Positions 11,843 through 24,379 of a DNA stretch of 64,000 nucleotides are shown piece after piece. Below the pieces are notes generated by a model that saw only the letters and a program-made list of their open reading frames with translations, did not search any database and was not told the DNA's origin. Each line of letters opens with the position of its first letter. Within the stretch, counting starts at the first letter, position 1. The DNA comes from Okamejei kenojei (taxonomy: Eukaryota). The position numbers and the translations under genes are program-made. The stretch spans positions 44,020,001 through 44,084,000 of the forward strand of contig CM069147.1 of assembly GCA_035221665.1 (NCBI GenBank). The letters are read 5' to 3'.

Positions 11843-12243
11843 CGACTTCATAGCCATAAATGAGTGAACAAGTGCCAGCAACTGGGAGGAGCTATCAGCA
11901 GTACATTTAAATAGATCCTTCCCTTAGTTTGGAAGTTAGTTGATTGCATCTCTCCTGGACATTTCTCTTATGGTACTATATTGTGTACTTATCTGCATGT
12001 ACTGTGGTTGGTGTTAGGCTGCTGGGTCTCAGGGAAGTACACAACACATGTCTTTGGTGGATGACCAAGAGCAGGTCCAAGCAAAGACATGGTGAACACC
12101 ATCTCAGCAATGGCAGCAGCAGTCTGGACAGATGGCTGACATCCAGCAACAAAGTGGACTGGCAAAGTGGCAGTGGTAATGACGTGGGCACAACCCATGC
12201 CATTTGAAAAAGGTTATCTCAGATTTCTGCTACAGTACTAAAC

Positions 12244-12338
12244 ATAGGCACAAAATGTTGGAGTAATTCAGTGGGATAAGCAGCATCCCAGGAGAATATG
12301 GATGGGTGATGCTTTGGGTCAGAACCCTTCTTCAGACT
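12244..12338 (-). mobile_element. Penelope pLTR short unit
   Basis: cacaaaatgttggagtaattcag...gaacccttcttcagact. Confidence 0.75.
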
Positions 12339-13739
12339 GGGTCTATCTTTGTGTTTATCTTTGGTTCCTTGTCGTTACATTCCACTTTGGTTTGCAAAGT
12401 GTGACCTGATTGTAGGTTTGGTTCACAATTGCATTATCAGAGTTGGCCATTACTTCCACACCCGAGAGGATGCAAACTCGGAGCCTGGCCTGCTGTCAAA
12501 TTGATCCTAGAATCCTTACCATCCTTGAGAGTGACTTTATGAACATAACATTCTGCATAGCAAGCCGCCTTCTCCCTGTTGATGTTTTGTACCTGAATCT
12601 ATCACAGCACAAAGGAGAAATTTGCTAAAATACATTCTAAATAAATTAAAGATGCTGGCATTTTAATAGAAAAATCACAGGATGCTTTCGAATATTCAGG
12701 GTTTTCCAGTAATTAAAATCTGATTATGATTTAGAGTTGAATAAAAAACAGTTACTGCTGAAGTAGTGAAAAAGAATTACCCTTTTAAGAAATTCTCTAG
12801 TGACTTCTGTCTGGACTTTTAATTATTTAGTTTGGAATGATTGATGTGGTAAAATGAACAGTCGTGCTTGTAATTCTTATAAAAGAGGAAGAGGTGGTCT
12901 GAAGTTATCCCCAATTTATAGCTTTAACTTGACATACAGAAATTGTTTAAATGTTTTATGCTTGGAAACTTCAAACAAAAGGTTGCAGAGAAAAAGAGTG
13001 CTATTTGTGTATGGGGACATTGACATTTTGCAAAATGGTATTAAATATGAACAAGTAGGGTTATGTAAAAAAAAACCTCTAATTATTTCTTTCAGCTGTT
13101 AATTAATATTCTGGTTTACAGAAATAGTTTCACAGAAGGAAGACAAATGTTCTATATTGATAATTAAATTAATCTAAATCTATGTGCATATAAGATATTC
13201 ATAAAAAGTTGTGTATGTGCCATAGGGGCCTATATGAAGTACATGAAAAGTTTATTAGCATTCTTATTTTTATACAATAGGTATGACATGATTTGGCAAA
13301 TAAATGTGTTGTTTTTTCACTTAAGACTATTTGTGCATTGATTTTGTTGAAAGCAAGCAAAAACGATTGATATAGAGATTTTGTTAAAATGGTATGTATG
13401 TATTTAACAGTTTTGTGATGATTTAATAGCTAATAACCCCCAATATTTGTACTTGATTTATATCTGGTAAGAATATTGGAGCTATTAAAATCCACAGGAG
13501 ATTTTTATTCATTAAACCAGTAATCCAGACCTCATCATTCATGTATATGGCATTGTTATACCTGTACATATTCTTGAATTTGGAAAGGATAAATTAGCTA
13601 TTTTTCAGCTAAAAACATCCTTTTAATAAAACTAATTGTAAGCATAAAATGCTTCATTTAATTTATCTGAAGCATTGTTTACCATGTTACCATGATTAAG
13701 GTATGCATTTTATTACAATGGCATATTCTAAACAAAGGA

Positions 13740-14330
13740 GTATGAGAAATGGGAGCAAGATCCTACAAGGCTGCTCTACCATACGATTGTGGCTAATCTT
13801 CTCAAAGGACCTTCTGGCACACTCTTTTCTCCTTGATTCTCCACATATCCCAAACCTATCAATCCCTGACTTTTATATGGTCAATGAATGAACATTCACA
13901 CAGCTCTGGGTGAGAGATTTCAATGACTTATAGCTTCCTGAGGGATAATAATGTACTCTTCATCTCACTCCAAAACGACCAACTACTTGTTGGGCAACAC
14001 AACCTTTCATTTTAGACCTCAATGTTTTCGCTGTCAGGCATCTTAAAAATTTTATGTTTCATGGAATTACTTTTCTTTCTAAAATCTGGAGGATAGATGC
14101 CTGAACCAATCAATCTCTCTGAATTAAACCATCCCATAATTGCAGGAATCAATTGACCTATTGTCACTCCTTGAATGACTAGCACATACTTCTGTGCATA
14201 TGGAGAGTGAAGCTGTGTACAAGACTGCATATGCAGTCTAATGGCAAGACTATTTTGTCTTCTATTCTAATGCCTCATGAAAAGGCTAACATACCATTTG
14301 TTTTAAAGTTTCTTGCTACACCTGCATATT
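13740..14330 (-). mobile_element. Old, decayed CR1-type LINE fragment
   Basis: Degenerate CR1 3'-end motifs (ctgggtgagagatttcaatgac, caggaatcaatt, aggctaacataccatttg). Confidence 0.5.
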
Positions 14331-14385
14331 AATGTGATTACAAACATACCTAAATGTCATTAGATCCCAACAATTCCAAGCCTCT

Positions 14386-14577
14386 GAAGATAGACACAAA
14401 AAGCTGGAGTAACTCCGCGGGACAGGCAGGATCTCTGGAGAGAATGAATGGATGATGTCTTAACCCGAAACGTCACCCATTCCTTCTCTCCACAGATGAT
14501 GCCTGTCCGGCTGAGTTACTTCAACATTTTGTGTTTATCTTCGGTGTAAACCTGCATCTGCAGTTCCTTCCTACACT
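14386..14577. mobile_element. Fold-back Penelope pLTR insertion with 13-bp TSD
   Basis: Left arm (gaagatagacac...) is inverted relative to the right arm (...cagttccttcctacac); attccaagcctct at 14373-14385 and 14578-14590. Confidence 0.9.
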
Positions 14578-14828
14578 ATTCCAAGCCTCTAATTATTTAT
14601 ACAGGGTTCTTTTTCTATTCACTCACGTGAATATTGCTGGGCAGGCAACATGTATTACTTGAACTTTACTGCCCTTATGTTAATTGCAGGAGCCTGCCAC
14701 GCTGATGTGTGTTGCAGTAATGCAGGAGAATGGTTGATATATTTCCCTGAAGTTTAGCAGCACTTTTATTTTCATTATCAAAGATACCTCCTCAATACCT
14801 GCTCACCTAAACTTGGTATCTATATGCA

Positions 14829-15280
14829 GTGTACGAAGGAACTGCAGATGCTGGTTTATGCCAAAACTAGATACTGTGCTGGAGTAACTCAACAGGTCAG
14901 GCAGCATCACTGGAGAAGTTGCCTCCTACTTCGCTTGGGCAGCTTACAGCCCAGCGGTATGAACACTGATTTCTCTAATTTAAAGTAACCTCTACATTAC
15001 CTCTCCCCCACCCGAGTCTTTCTACTAGTTCCACAGTTCATCTTTTAGTATCCCTTCAATATCATCTCTTCCCCAGTCCACAATGAGCCATTATGGGCTC
15101 CACCCATTCTTGGTCATCTGTTGCTGGTCCTTATTTGTTCTGACCCTTTCCTACCTCCATTTCCCACCCACCCCCTCTACTTTCAATCTGAAGAAGGGTT
15201 CCGACCTGAACCATCACCCATCCTTTTTCTCTCGAGATGCTGCCAGACCTGTTGAGTTACTCCAGCACTTTGTGTCTATC
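14829..15280 (+). mobile_element. 5'-truncated Penelope with inverted 5' pLTR and 17-bp TSD
   Basis: Inverted tailed arm 14829-14917, then LLLRLGSLQPSGMNTDFSNLK* (GIY-YIG C-terminus), 3' region and pLTR; atctatatgcagtgtac at 14818-14834 and 15281-15297. Confidence 0.9.
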
Positions 15281-15741
15281 ATCTATATGCAGTGTACTAG
15301 TATCCACCTCAGAGCTCATTAGATCTTCTACTTTTGTGGGCCTGGCAAACTTGCAATTAGATTCCTCTTCAAAGTTCTTTGCCTAGACTGAAATGCTCGA
15401 CACATGACAATGATCCTTGATCTAACTGACTAGTTACTGTCACTAGTATTTAACTGTGAAGCTTCCCTGGTTTATTTTATTTATTCACTCTTCAATCCAT
15501 GCTAATATATTATACCACAAGCCCATGCCCAATCCAGTGAGGTTAAGTCTAACCTCATGGTGGGATTTTGTGAACTGATTTCTAAGATGGAAATTTGAAC
15601 ACCATAATCTGCTTCCCGACATCCATTGGCTTTATCCCATTGAAACTGCAAGTTGCAATCTAAATAAACATTCACTAATATGTCCCACATGAGTCCCCTT
15701 CCATCACAACATGATTTTGCTCAATCGTGTTATGTTTTTTC

Positions 15742-16110
15742 ATTTTTCAGTTTCAGGATACGGAGTGCATGCTTTGCATGCTTTCCAGTTAAATCAGATA
15801 ACACCATACAATAATGCATTCAAGCCAAACTCAAGTGCATAGGTAGAGCGAACGGAAAGATACAGAGTGCAGAATATATGTCTCACCATTGTAGTATGAC
15901 AGTTCCTGAGACAACATCCAATGTCAATAGTGAGGTAGGTTGGAAAATTGGGCTGTACCCTAACTCATGGAAGAACCATTCACAAGCCCGCTAACAGAGG
16001 GAAGAACGTATTCCTGACTCTGTTGGTGCATGCTTTCAAGCTTCTGTATCTTCTGTTCGACAGGAGCGGGAAGAAGAAGGAATGACCAGAGTGGGAAAGG
16101 TCTTTGATAG
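15742..16110 (-). mobile_element. Rex1/Babar 3' fragment
   Basis: Minus strand IKDLSHSGHSFF..LLSNRRYRSLKACTNRVRNTFF-like coding plus Rex1-type 3'UTR. Confidence 0.75.
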
Positions 16111-17100
16111 CGGATAACTCTTGAGATACTACTACCCAATGTAGGAAACGGGTGGATGAAAAGGATCTGAGTTAGTAGGAATGGTTCCCTGTGTATTAGA
16201 GATAAATAGCAATATTTAATTTACATGCCTTGTGGAGTTTATATGGGTTTTGTAAAATAAAGAATGGAGAGGAGGTATAAACTGAGCTCTTTATAGGACA
16301 CTAGATTGATCCTTCCAGGATCAAGTTGAATACTGCAGTCTCTGTAATTTTTCTTTTTTCAGTAAAATCATGCCTGAATTGCACATAATAAGAAAACGAA
16401 CAATGCTGTGTTTGTGGCTCCCACTGTTTTCTCTCAAAGTCTCTCTGATTGCTCTGTTTCTAAGATCAGAAATGGCACAGTGGGCAGTCAGCCATGTAGA
16501 CGGCCACTCTTGTCATCAGTTTTTGGGTCCCTGTTTCTCACACTATTTCTGAGAGGCTCACGGATGGCTTGCAAGAACTGAGTCCTTAATCATTTGTCGT
16601 ACATGGTGTTTCAATCACTTTGAAAGCATAGTTGGTTGATGTACCCTGTATGATTTGTAGACAAGAACATGTTCAAATGGTGACAAGAAGCCATTTCCTT
16701 GGCCTGTTGCTTTAATAAGCAAAACTGAATCTCCTGGTTCACTGGTGGGGAGAGAGTTAAGAGATGTGAATTGAAGATAGACATCCAAATACAAATTATA
16801 TTGCAGTTTATCTCCAATAAAGTACCACAGGAATTTTGCAATGGATTTATAGAGAAACTGCATGAGATTAAATTGTGTCAAATCTAGTTTTAGTTGTTTA
16901 AATCCCTGGATTTAGTTAAATATTAACAAAATTGTTATTATTATTATTAAGCCTTATCAAATATAGGATGAAAAATGATCACATTTTTTGAGGTAACTAA
17001 TATTTTTCCATACATCGCTAGCCAATTACCATAGTTTCTTATTCAGTAATGTTACCTTTTCCATAATGTGAAGAAATAGAAATATAATTGAGTTATCTCC

Positions 17101-17172
17101 AGGGTCCTGAGTCCAGAGGAAGGGTCTCAACTCAAAATGTCGATTAACATTTCCCTCCGCAGATGCTGCCTG
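17101..17172 (+). mobile_element. Degenerate Penelope pLTR piece abutting the minus-strand Penelope ORF
   Basis: gaggaagggtctcaactcaaaatgtc...cagatgctgcctg. Confidence 0.6.
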
Positions 17173-17842
17173 GGGGGGTAGGCTGGGAAGAAGAAAGGAA
17201 GAGGCAGAGACAGTAGCTTGTGGGAGAGCTGGGAAGGAGAGGGGAAGGAGGGAGAAAGCAAGGACTACCTGAAATTGGAGAACTCAATGTTCATACCGCT
17301 GGAGTGTAAACTACCCAAGCAAAATATGAGGTGCTGCTCCTCCAATTTATGGTGGGATTCACTCTGGCCATGGAGGAGGCCCAGGACAGAAAGATTTGAT
17401 TCGGAATGGGAAGGGGAGTTGAAGTGCTGAGCCAACGGGAGATCAGGTTGGTTAATGCGAACTGAGCGGAGGTGTTGGGCGAAGCGATCGCCAAGCCTGC
17501 GCTTGGTCTCACTGATGTTGAGCAGTTGACACCTAGGAGGATGCAATAGATGAGGTTGGAGGAGGTACAGGTGAACCTCTGCCTCACCTGGAAAGACTGT
17601 TTGGGTCCTTGGATGGAGTCAAGGGGGGAGGTAAAGAGACAGGTGTAGCATTTCCTGTGGTTGCACGGGAAAGTACCAGGGAGTGGTTTGGGTGGGAAGG
17701 GATGAATTGATCAGGGAGTTACGCAGGGAGCGGTCCCTGCAGAAAGCCGAAAGGGGAGGAGATGGGAAGATGTGGCCAGTAGTGGGATCCCGATGGAGGT
17801 GGCGAAGATGTCGGAGGATTATCTGTTGTATGTGATGGCTGA
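17173..17842 (-). mobile_element. Penelope-like retroelement fragment: linker and GIY-YIG endonuclease pseudo-ORF
   Basis: Overlapping frames give IQQIILRHLRHLHRDPTTGHIFPSPPLSAFCRDRSLRNSL, RQRFTCTSSNLIYCI, and ETKRRLGDRFAQHLRSV...HFNSPSHS...EEQHLIFCLGSLHSSGMNIEFSNFR*; frameshifted. Confidence 0.9.
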
Positions 17843-17857
17843 AATAAAATGCATTAT

Positions 17858-18085
17858 AAAGACACAAAAAGCTTGGAGTAATTAAGCGGGTCAGACAGCA
17901 TCTGTGGAGAAAAGGAATCAGTGACGTCTTGGGTCGAGACCCTTCATCAAAGTTCTGAAGAAAGGTCTTGACCCAAAATGTCACCTATTCCTTTTCTCCA
18001 GAGATTCTGTCTGACCCGCTGAGTTTTCCTCCAGCTTTTAATGTCTATCTTCGGTGTAAACCATCAGCTGCAGTTCCATCCAACA
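17858..18085. mobile_element. Fold-back Penelope pLTR insertion with both hammerhead-core regions at the centre
   Basis: ...gggtcgagacccttcatcaaag|ttctgaagaaaggtcttgacccaaaatgtcacc...; arms are reverse complements, and only the right arm has the tail. Confidence 0.85.
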
Positions 18086-18202
18086 TAACTAAAATGTCTT
18101 GTTTGGTCATTGCATCTATGCTGCTTATGAAGGCTTGCCCTGCAGAAATTGCCTGCTGTGTTACTAAAATTGCAACAGTTTAAAAGTACCTTACCTCCTC
18201 AT

Positions 18203-18409
18203 GTTGAAGAAGGAACTGCAGATGCGGGAAAATCGAAGGTAGACAAAAGTGCTGGAGAAACTCAGCAGGTGAGGCAGCATCTATGGAGCGAAGGAAATAG
18301 GCAACATTTCGGGCCTTAAGAAGGGTTTCGGCCCGAAACAGTGCCGATTTCCTTCGCTCCATAGATGCTACCTCACCCGCTGAGTTTCTCCAGCACTTTT
18401 GTCTACCTT
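18203..18409. mobile_element. Fold-back pLTR insertion of a second Penelope subfamily with ~16-bp TSD
   Basis: Arms aaggtagacaaaagtgctggagaaactcagc... / ...gctgagtttctccagcacttttgtctacctt; taccttacctcctcat at 18187-18202 and 18404-18419. Confidence 0.9.
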
Positions 18410-19369
18410 ACCTCCTCATAAAGCTCTTTAAAATGTTCGGAGATCATCTCCATTAAATTCCATTTGGTGACAGAGGTTCCCAAACAAAATAATTAAGCAA
18501 AGAGTAGATATGTTGACAGCTGTTTAAATATTTAAATGAGAAAAGTTTCAGAAGTTGGGCAAGCTACCATGAATGTTCATAATTTTGGAACAACAGTTCC
18601 AGATGTTGTTTCAGAGGTTATAGGATGAGAAAGGTCGAATGCAAAGGATGGCAAGGTGTGGGACGGAGAGCAATTATGGTGAACCATGTAAAAGATACGG
18701 GATGGTGTTAGAGTCCGTCATGGTGGAGGGAAATTTCCTATTCAATATATGACCTGGGATATTAAGCCAAGTAGGATCATTGGAATGTGATTGGGGAAAA
18801 AAAGAGTGGTTTTGCAATTAACTGTTTGGTTTGAGTATTGTGCAGTAAGAAAATAAAATGAGATGGGAGCAGTTTGTAAAAATGAAGTGACATGAGTAAT
18901 TCAGATTGAAGAATCATTAAAAGATAGGAAAGTGTGTAAAAATAGTTCAGAAACTGAGTGATTCAGCCAGAATTATTTAAAATATACTGACCTTTGAACA
19001 ATATTAGGAAACTTGAAACTTGAAATGTTTCTTTCCTTCAAACCCTTGCCTTGAAAATAGGCATGTTGGGAATTGGTGAAGGAAATTATATCTTGCACTG
19101 AGCCGCTGCATGTATCCTACATCTGGATTTGTCCCATGCTCAGATGCACCTGCTCCAGATGCAAAGGGTCCAACGTGCTTGCCACTGATGAGATACGATA
19201 GGAAACAGGACTTCCAATAGGAGTCTGATGAAACCCCATCTCTGAACTGCTTCTCTAAACTCTGAGGTCCAGAAATGTGACACGACTTTGCTGGTCAGCA
19301 ATCATTGTAAATGCCTCTGCCATTAAATAACTAATACAAAGGGAGTATATGTAACTTATGGGGCTTTTC

Positions 19370-19700
19370 TAATTGCCTTGGAACAGAATGCCTTGCTGGA
19401 GGTAGTTAAGAATCTGCATTGTTAAAGGACTGGAGTCACATTTGGGTTGCAGCAGAAAAGGGGACAATTCCCTTCCTTAAAGATCATTAGTGAATCAAGT
19501 AGTGGACGTATAAAATGTGGGTGATAATGTCCAACATCAGTAAATGGAAGGTGATAAAATTTAATGAAGTAACATAACGGTCATAATTATGCTCTGAATG
19601 GAAGCAGACCAGGCAGTGTGGGTGATCAAAGAGACTTGAGGTTCACATGGTATTATAGGTAATACGTCGTCAGCTTGATAAGGTTGTCTAAACAAAACCC
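19370..19700 (+). mobile_element. Decayed LINE fragments (CR1-like)
   Basis: ttcccttccttaaagatcattagtgaatc resembles 36500-36560; tatgctctgaatggaagcagac...caaagagacttgagg resembles CR1 YxLNG...QRDLG. Confidence 0.45.
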
Positions 19701-21547
19701 CTTGTGGACTGGTTGAGCTGATAATAAGATTGGCAGCACACTTTTGGAGTGATCAAGTCTCCTGCACTTCGAATTTTCCATCCCTGGAGATTTACAACAT
19801 AATAGAGACCATTCGGCCCATTGTATCTGTGCTGTCTACTTATTCATGCATTTGGTTACTTCTACCCCGCACATAGCACTTGCAACATTTAAAAAAATAT
19901 TTTATCAACAATAAATATTGAAAACTATAATAAACTTGGAAAACTTTTAGAAATATTCTCCTCATCAGAGAGCTTCAAATTCCTTGGTAGGTTATATTTT
20001 TTTCTTACTTTTAACATTACTGAAATGAAAAGTTTGTTCGAATTTAGGAACAGCTGTAATACTGCCTATAATGTCTGATGTGTGATCCAACCTCATCTTG
20101 GCTAAGTGCCTTTAATAATTTGGGGATTTAAAACAAAATCTATCATTCTCAGATGTAAGGGTAATATTTTACCACACACCAATCACTAATAATAGAAGAG
20201 AATTCTTCAGTTTTATTTAAACAATGAAGATTATTTGAATGCTCAATTGTAATATTCATATTTTATTTTGTTCCAGTACATTCTTGACTGTTTTACTGTA
20301 CTTTTTTTTTTTACTGTTTCTACTTCCGATTTACTGATTTCAATCTTCCCAAATTCAAGTGGAACCAATCTTCTTTTATTTCATTCTTTTTCTTGCTCCA
20401 CCCTGTAACAATACCCTAAACCGACATCATTCTTTTCCACTGATCTAAGCCCCATCTTCCTCCAGCTGTACACCCCACCCATTGAAATGCAAGAACACAA
20501 CCACAGGACATCCACTTGCTATGTTACAACATATTGTGTGCTTTATAGCAGCCCTTTCATTGGAAACAGCACACTGTTTGATTCATAGGAGAGCACTTAG
20601 TTCTAGAAATATGCACAATGTCTAATTGGCACATAATCCTCCTGGTTACTACATTCATAGCGACTGCAGCATAAATTGTAGGATGAAGAATGGAAAAGCA
20701 ATGTACGATAATAAGATGCTAGTTTATACGGTCGGAAACAGTGTATTCGCTGCTTAGCCAGAAACTATGCTGACATGGTTGTATTCAGGTGCTTTGGAGC
20801 GACTGCAACGATTGATGTAGGAGTTAAATTGTACATCTGTCATAAAGCCATGGGTAGAAATAAAGAAAGTCATGAAAGCGTAGCTACTGCATTGCATCAC
20901 TTTTTATATTACACTGCGGTTCTGAAAAGGTGTACAAATAAATTTTGGCAAACTGTACGTTTTCACGAGTCTGCGGAATGCGCGCCTTGCAAGGCTCTCT
21001 GGGTGCGTGGATATATTAAATTTCATCTCTTTGTAAGTTAGTCCTATCTGTTTTTTGAATGCTTTTCATTTAAATTTAGAAAATAAATACCATGTGCGTG
21101 CAAATCTAGCCGCCAGGTTGTGCTTCTGCGAATATGGCAAACACAAGAAAGGGAGTAAGTTTCTCTGTAATCTGTAACTTTGTTGTGAAATATGTTTTGA
21201 ACGAGAGGTCATTATACAATAGCCTTTGAGTTCCTGGCACATGAAATAGGAGTGGAAAATAGAAGATTGTTATATGTTTTAAATGAAGTTCTTTCAAATA
21301 TGCAGTTATGAGAAGTTTGATGTCCCTTTGTGGGGATTTTCAAACGACTGATTCCATAATAATCCAATAAAGGAGATGGTGATGACAGTGATAAAATAGC
21401 CTATTAAAACTTTAACCTTAACTTGTGTAATTTTATTCACTGCCAAAATACCATTTAACAACAATAAAACTGTAATTGCACTCCACAATTTAAAAGAAAT
21501 GGAATGACTGGCATGTATCAAATTTGTATGGTTGGTCTTCACATTTC

Positions 21548-21584
21548 ATATTTGGTGTCCATTGTTATAATGGACACCAAATAT
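21548..21584. repeat. Perfect 16-bp inverted repeat with 5-nt spacer
   Basis: atatttggtgtccatt-gttat-aatggacaccaaatat. Confidence 0.9.
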
Positions 21585-21771
21585 TTATCTTGAACTGAAT
21601 TGTAAAAAATTAGTCCATAATCTTGGTGCACTTATGGACAATTAATGTATGGGAGTGGAACGACATGAAAGCAATAACAGTGGGAAAAAGCATTGTTTGT
21701 AGAATACTTGAACAGTACTCTCCACACATAGATCCTTACACACATACTGATAAATGTGTAAAGCATCGGAC

Positions 21772-22342
21772 TAGTTTAGTTTATTATTTAGTTACGTTTA
21801 TTATTGTCAAGTGTATTGAGGTACCGTGAAAAGCTTTGTTTTACATGCTATCCAAACTGATCAGAAGTACCATACATAACTGCAATCGTCAAACTCAAGC
21901 ACAATAGACAGAACAAAGGGGAAGCTACAGAGTGCTGTGGATGCAGTAGTTCTCAGTATTGTAGCACATTGTAGCCCATCAGTTCCATGGACACAGTCCA
22001 ATGCCTACAATGGTGTAGAGGCAACTTGAACAGTACCCGAGCTAATGCAAGGACTGTTCAGAAGCCTGATCGCAGAGTCCGAACAGAGTTCCTTAGTCCG
22101 ATGGTGCACTCGTTCAAGCTTCTGTACCTTCTGAGGAACGGCAGCACAGAGAAGAGGAATGACCGGGGTGGGACACCTCTTTAATTATGTTCCCTGCCTC
22201 TCTGAGGCAGTGTGAAGTGTAGATGAAATCAATGGAAGTCTGGTCTGTGTGATGGACTGGGCTACATGTACAGCTCTCTATAATTTCTTGCGGTCTTGAG
22301 GGCAGGGCTGTTCCCAAACCAAGCTGTGATGCAACCAGACTA
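21772..22342 (-). mobile_element. Rex1/Babar 3' fragment
   Basis: Minus strand GCITAWFGNS...IDFIYTSHCLREAGNIIKEVSHPGHSS; 3'UTR and (TAAAC)n-type tail. Confidence 0.85.
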
Positions 22343-22549
22343 TTGATCTGCCTGCAGTTTTCATCCTATGCTGAAGCTGGCCATTCAGCCCATCAGCCCC
22401 ATACTAGCTCTTGGTATGGCTATGCCATCAGTCCCATTCTTCCTTTTCCTGTCTCCTTTTCACTCTGTAACGTATCATTTCTCATGTTTAGTGGTCAACT
22501 CACCATTATTTTTTTTATTGCTGTTAATCTTCACTGAAGGGTATTTTAC

Positions 22550-22712
22550 AGTAATCCACCAGCAAATCTATTAGAATGTGGGAGGAAACTGGAGTACTCG
22601 AAGAAGCCAAAGAGGCCAAGGAGAGATTACATAAAATACATGCACAGCAGAGGTAAGGGTTGAACCCAGAACCCTGAACTGTGAGGCAGCAGCACTAACT
22701 GTGTTACCTGTG
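22550..22712 (-). mobile_element. Old HE1-like SINE fragment
   Basis: gaatgtgggaggaaactggag...gggttgaaccc...ctgtgaggcagcagc. Confidence 0.65.
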
Positions 22713-22972
22713 TTAATTGGTGCGACAGAGGTAATTGACAGATGTGAGCTGTAAACAATATATGGCTACAAATATGAATGGAAATTTATTTTTGAAAGAT
22801 GAACAATTATTCATGGCTAAGATGTAAAGTTTTCCAATAAATTATTTATTAATGACAAAATAATTGGTAAACTTTTCCACGTATTAGTAATATTCAGCAA
22901 CATTTTCATAATTTAATATTACACAGAATTAATCCTTAACTTATTCAATGTTTTCCAACCCATATCTCGTGA

Positions 22973-22980
<8 letters not shown>

Positions 22981-23007
<27 letters not shown>
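22981..23007. repeat. (TA)n microsatellite
   Basis: Direct inspection. Confidence 0.95.
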
Positions 23008-24379
23008 GTGATTCATCAGTGTGTATCTTGCAGTTAATTAGCGCATAGATACCATGGCTTGTGCAATACATTTGAATATTTTCATTGCTAATAATTTAAT
23101 TCTAGGAAGATTGTATCTAATCTGGCAGTGTATCACGGATTACATAAATACATGAAACAGTACTTACCAAAACATAAAATGCCTATTGAAAGTAAGTAAT
23201 GGTGTAGAACAATGGGATTACAAGGCCTAATTGTGGCAAGTTGATAAAGAATGTGTGGGAGAAATGAAACATGTAACAAACTAGATAAGTGTCTTATCCC
23301 TACAGCAAAGTAGCTGAACTGACCTGCACTTCATAAAGTTAGCACATTGGAATCTTTTGCATAGAAAATACCCTGTGGCATGAGAAATGTTTCCTTGTTA
23401 ACTGGTTGCGAATGTGCGAAGCAATGCAGAGGAAACAGATTGGTTGTCATTAGACAGGTGCTCCCTTAGACAGATGTACCCATTAATAAATAGCAGATCC
23501 AATAAGTATTCATCATATCTCGAAAAAGGACAGTGACTGAAACAATGAAAGAATACTTTTCTCATGGTGATTTCTTCATAAAGTTTGACTAATTTTATGT
23601 GCGCTTGTAAATATGTAGTCGATCTCTGCTGAGTTATTTTGTTGCGAGGAGTTTAAATGGTTTACTGTTTCTCTTTGACACAATTACGGTTGCACTACGT
23701 TGAGAACAATCAAGAGACAGAGGGCTGGGTTGGATTATACAAACGGCATATTTTGTGCGGCAGGTCAGAGAATAAAACATGCCACAGAATAAATATTTCA
23801 TTTGAGAAAGAGGCTTGATTGGAATGTTTGAAAGTATAAAATAAAAATGCCTGTGAAACCTTATATGTTCTGTGAATTAAACACTTTTAATCATTCATCT
23901 ACATTTACATTTTATTTCTTGAAAAGACTACACAAATATCTGACATAAAAGTGAAAATTGCTATGACCCAGCAATAAACCAGACAATTTTTGATTTCCTT
24001 CATATTTTCATTTGAAATAATAGCTTATTGATGGATTTCTTATTCATATCCATTTTTCTTATTTTCTTCTGCCAGATGTATAAACCATTATTAAAAATAA
24101 TCTAGTGTAATTATAACAACAGCATACAAAATTAAAATAATAATAAATATAAAGTAAAACTAGAATCCCTGTTCCATAGAGAAAAGATTTGTGTTTAATT
24201 CATTCTATTTTTTAGTTTAAATCGTTTTATTTTTTCTGAGACTAAATTGTATTGCCTCGCTTCTGTTGCACAGAATAATTGGCATTTTTATTTCATTCTG
24301 TTTACTATTTTACCTTAGATGTGGAAAGAAACCTATCCGATCTTGGTTCAGGGAAGCTGTACTTTTTATTAGTTCATTC

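Noticed and set aside
11950-12205. GC-richer segment with three overlapping short ORFs
   Set aside because: No recognisable protein or splice signals; possibly an old retroelement 5' region but not assignable.
19184-19235. CTGATGA-gatacgatag-GAAAC-aggacttccaataggagtctg: hammerhead-like boxes with a downstream hairpin outside the Penelope family
   Set aside because: Stem II cannot pair and there is no NUH triplet at the required position after stem III (it reads GAT); probably chance.
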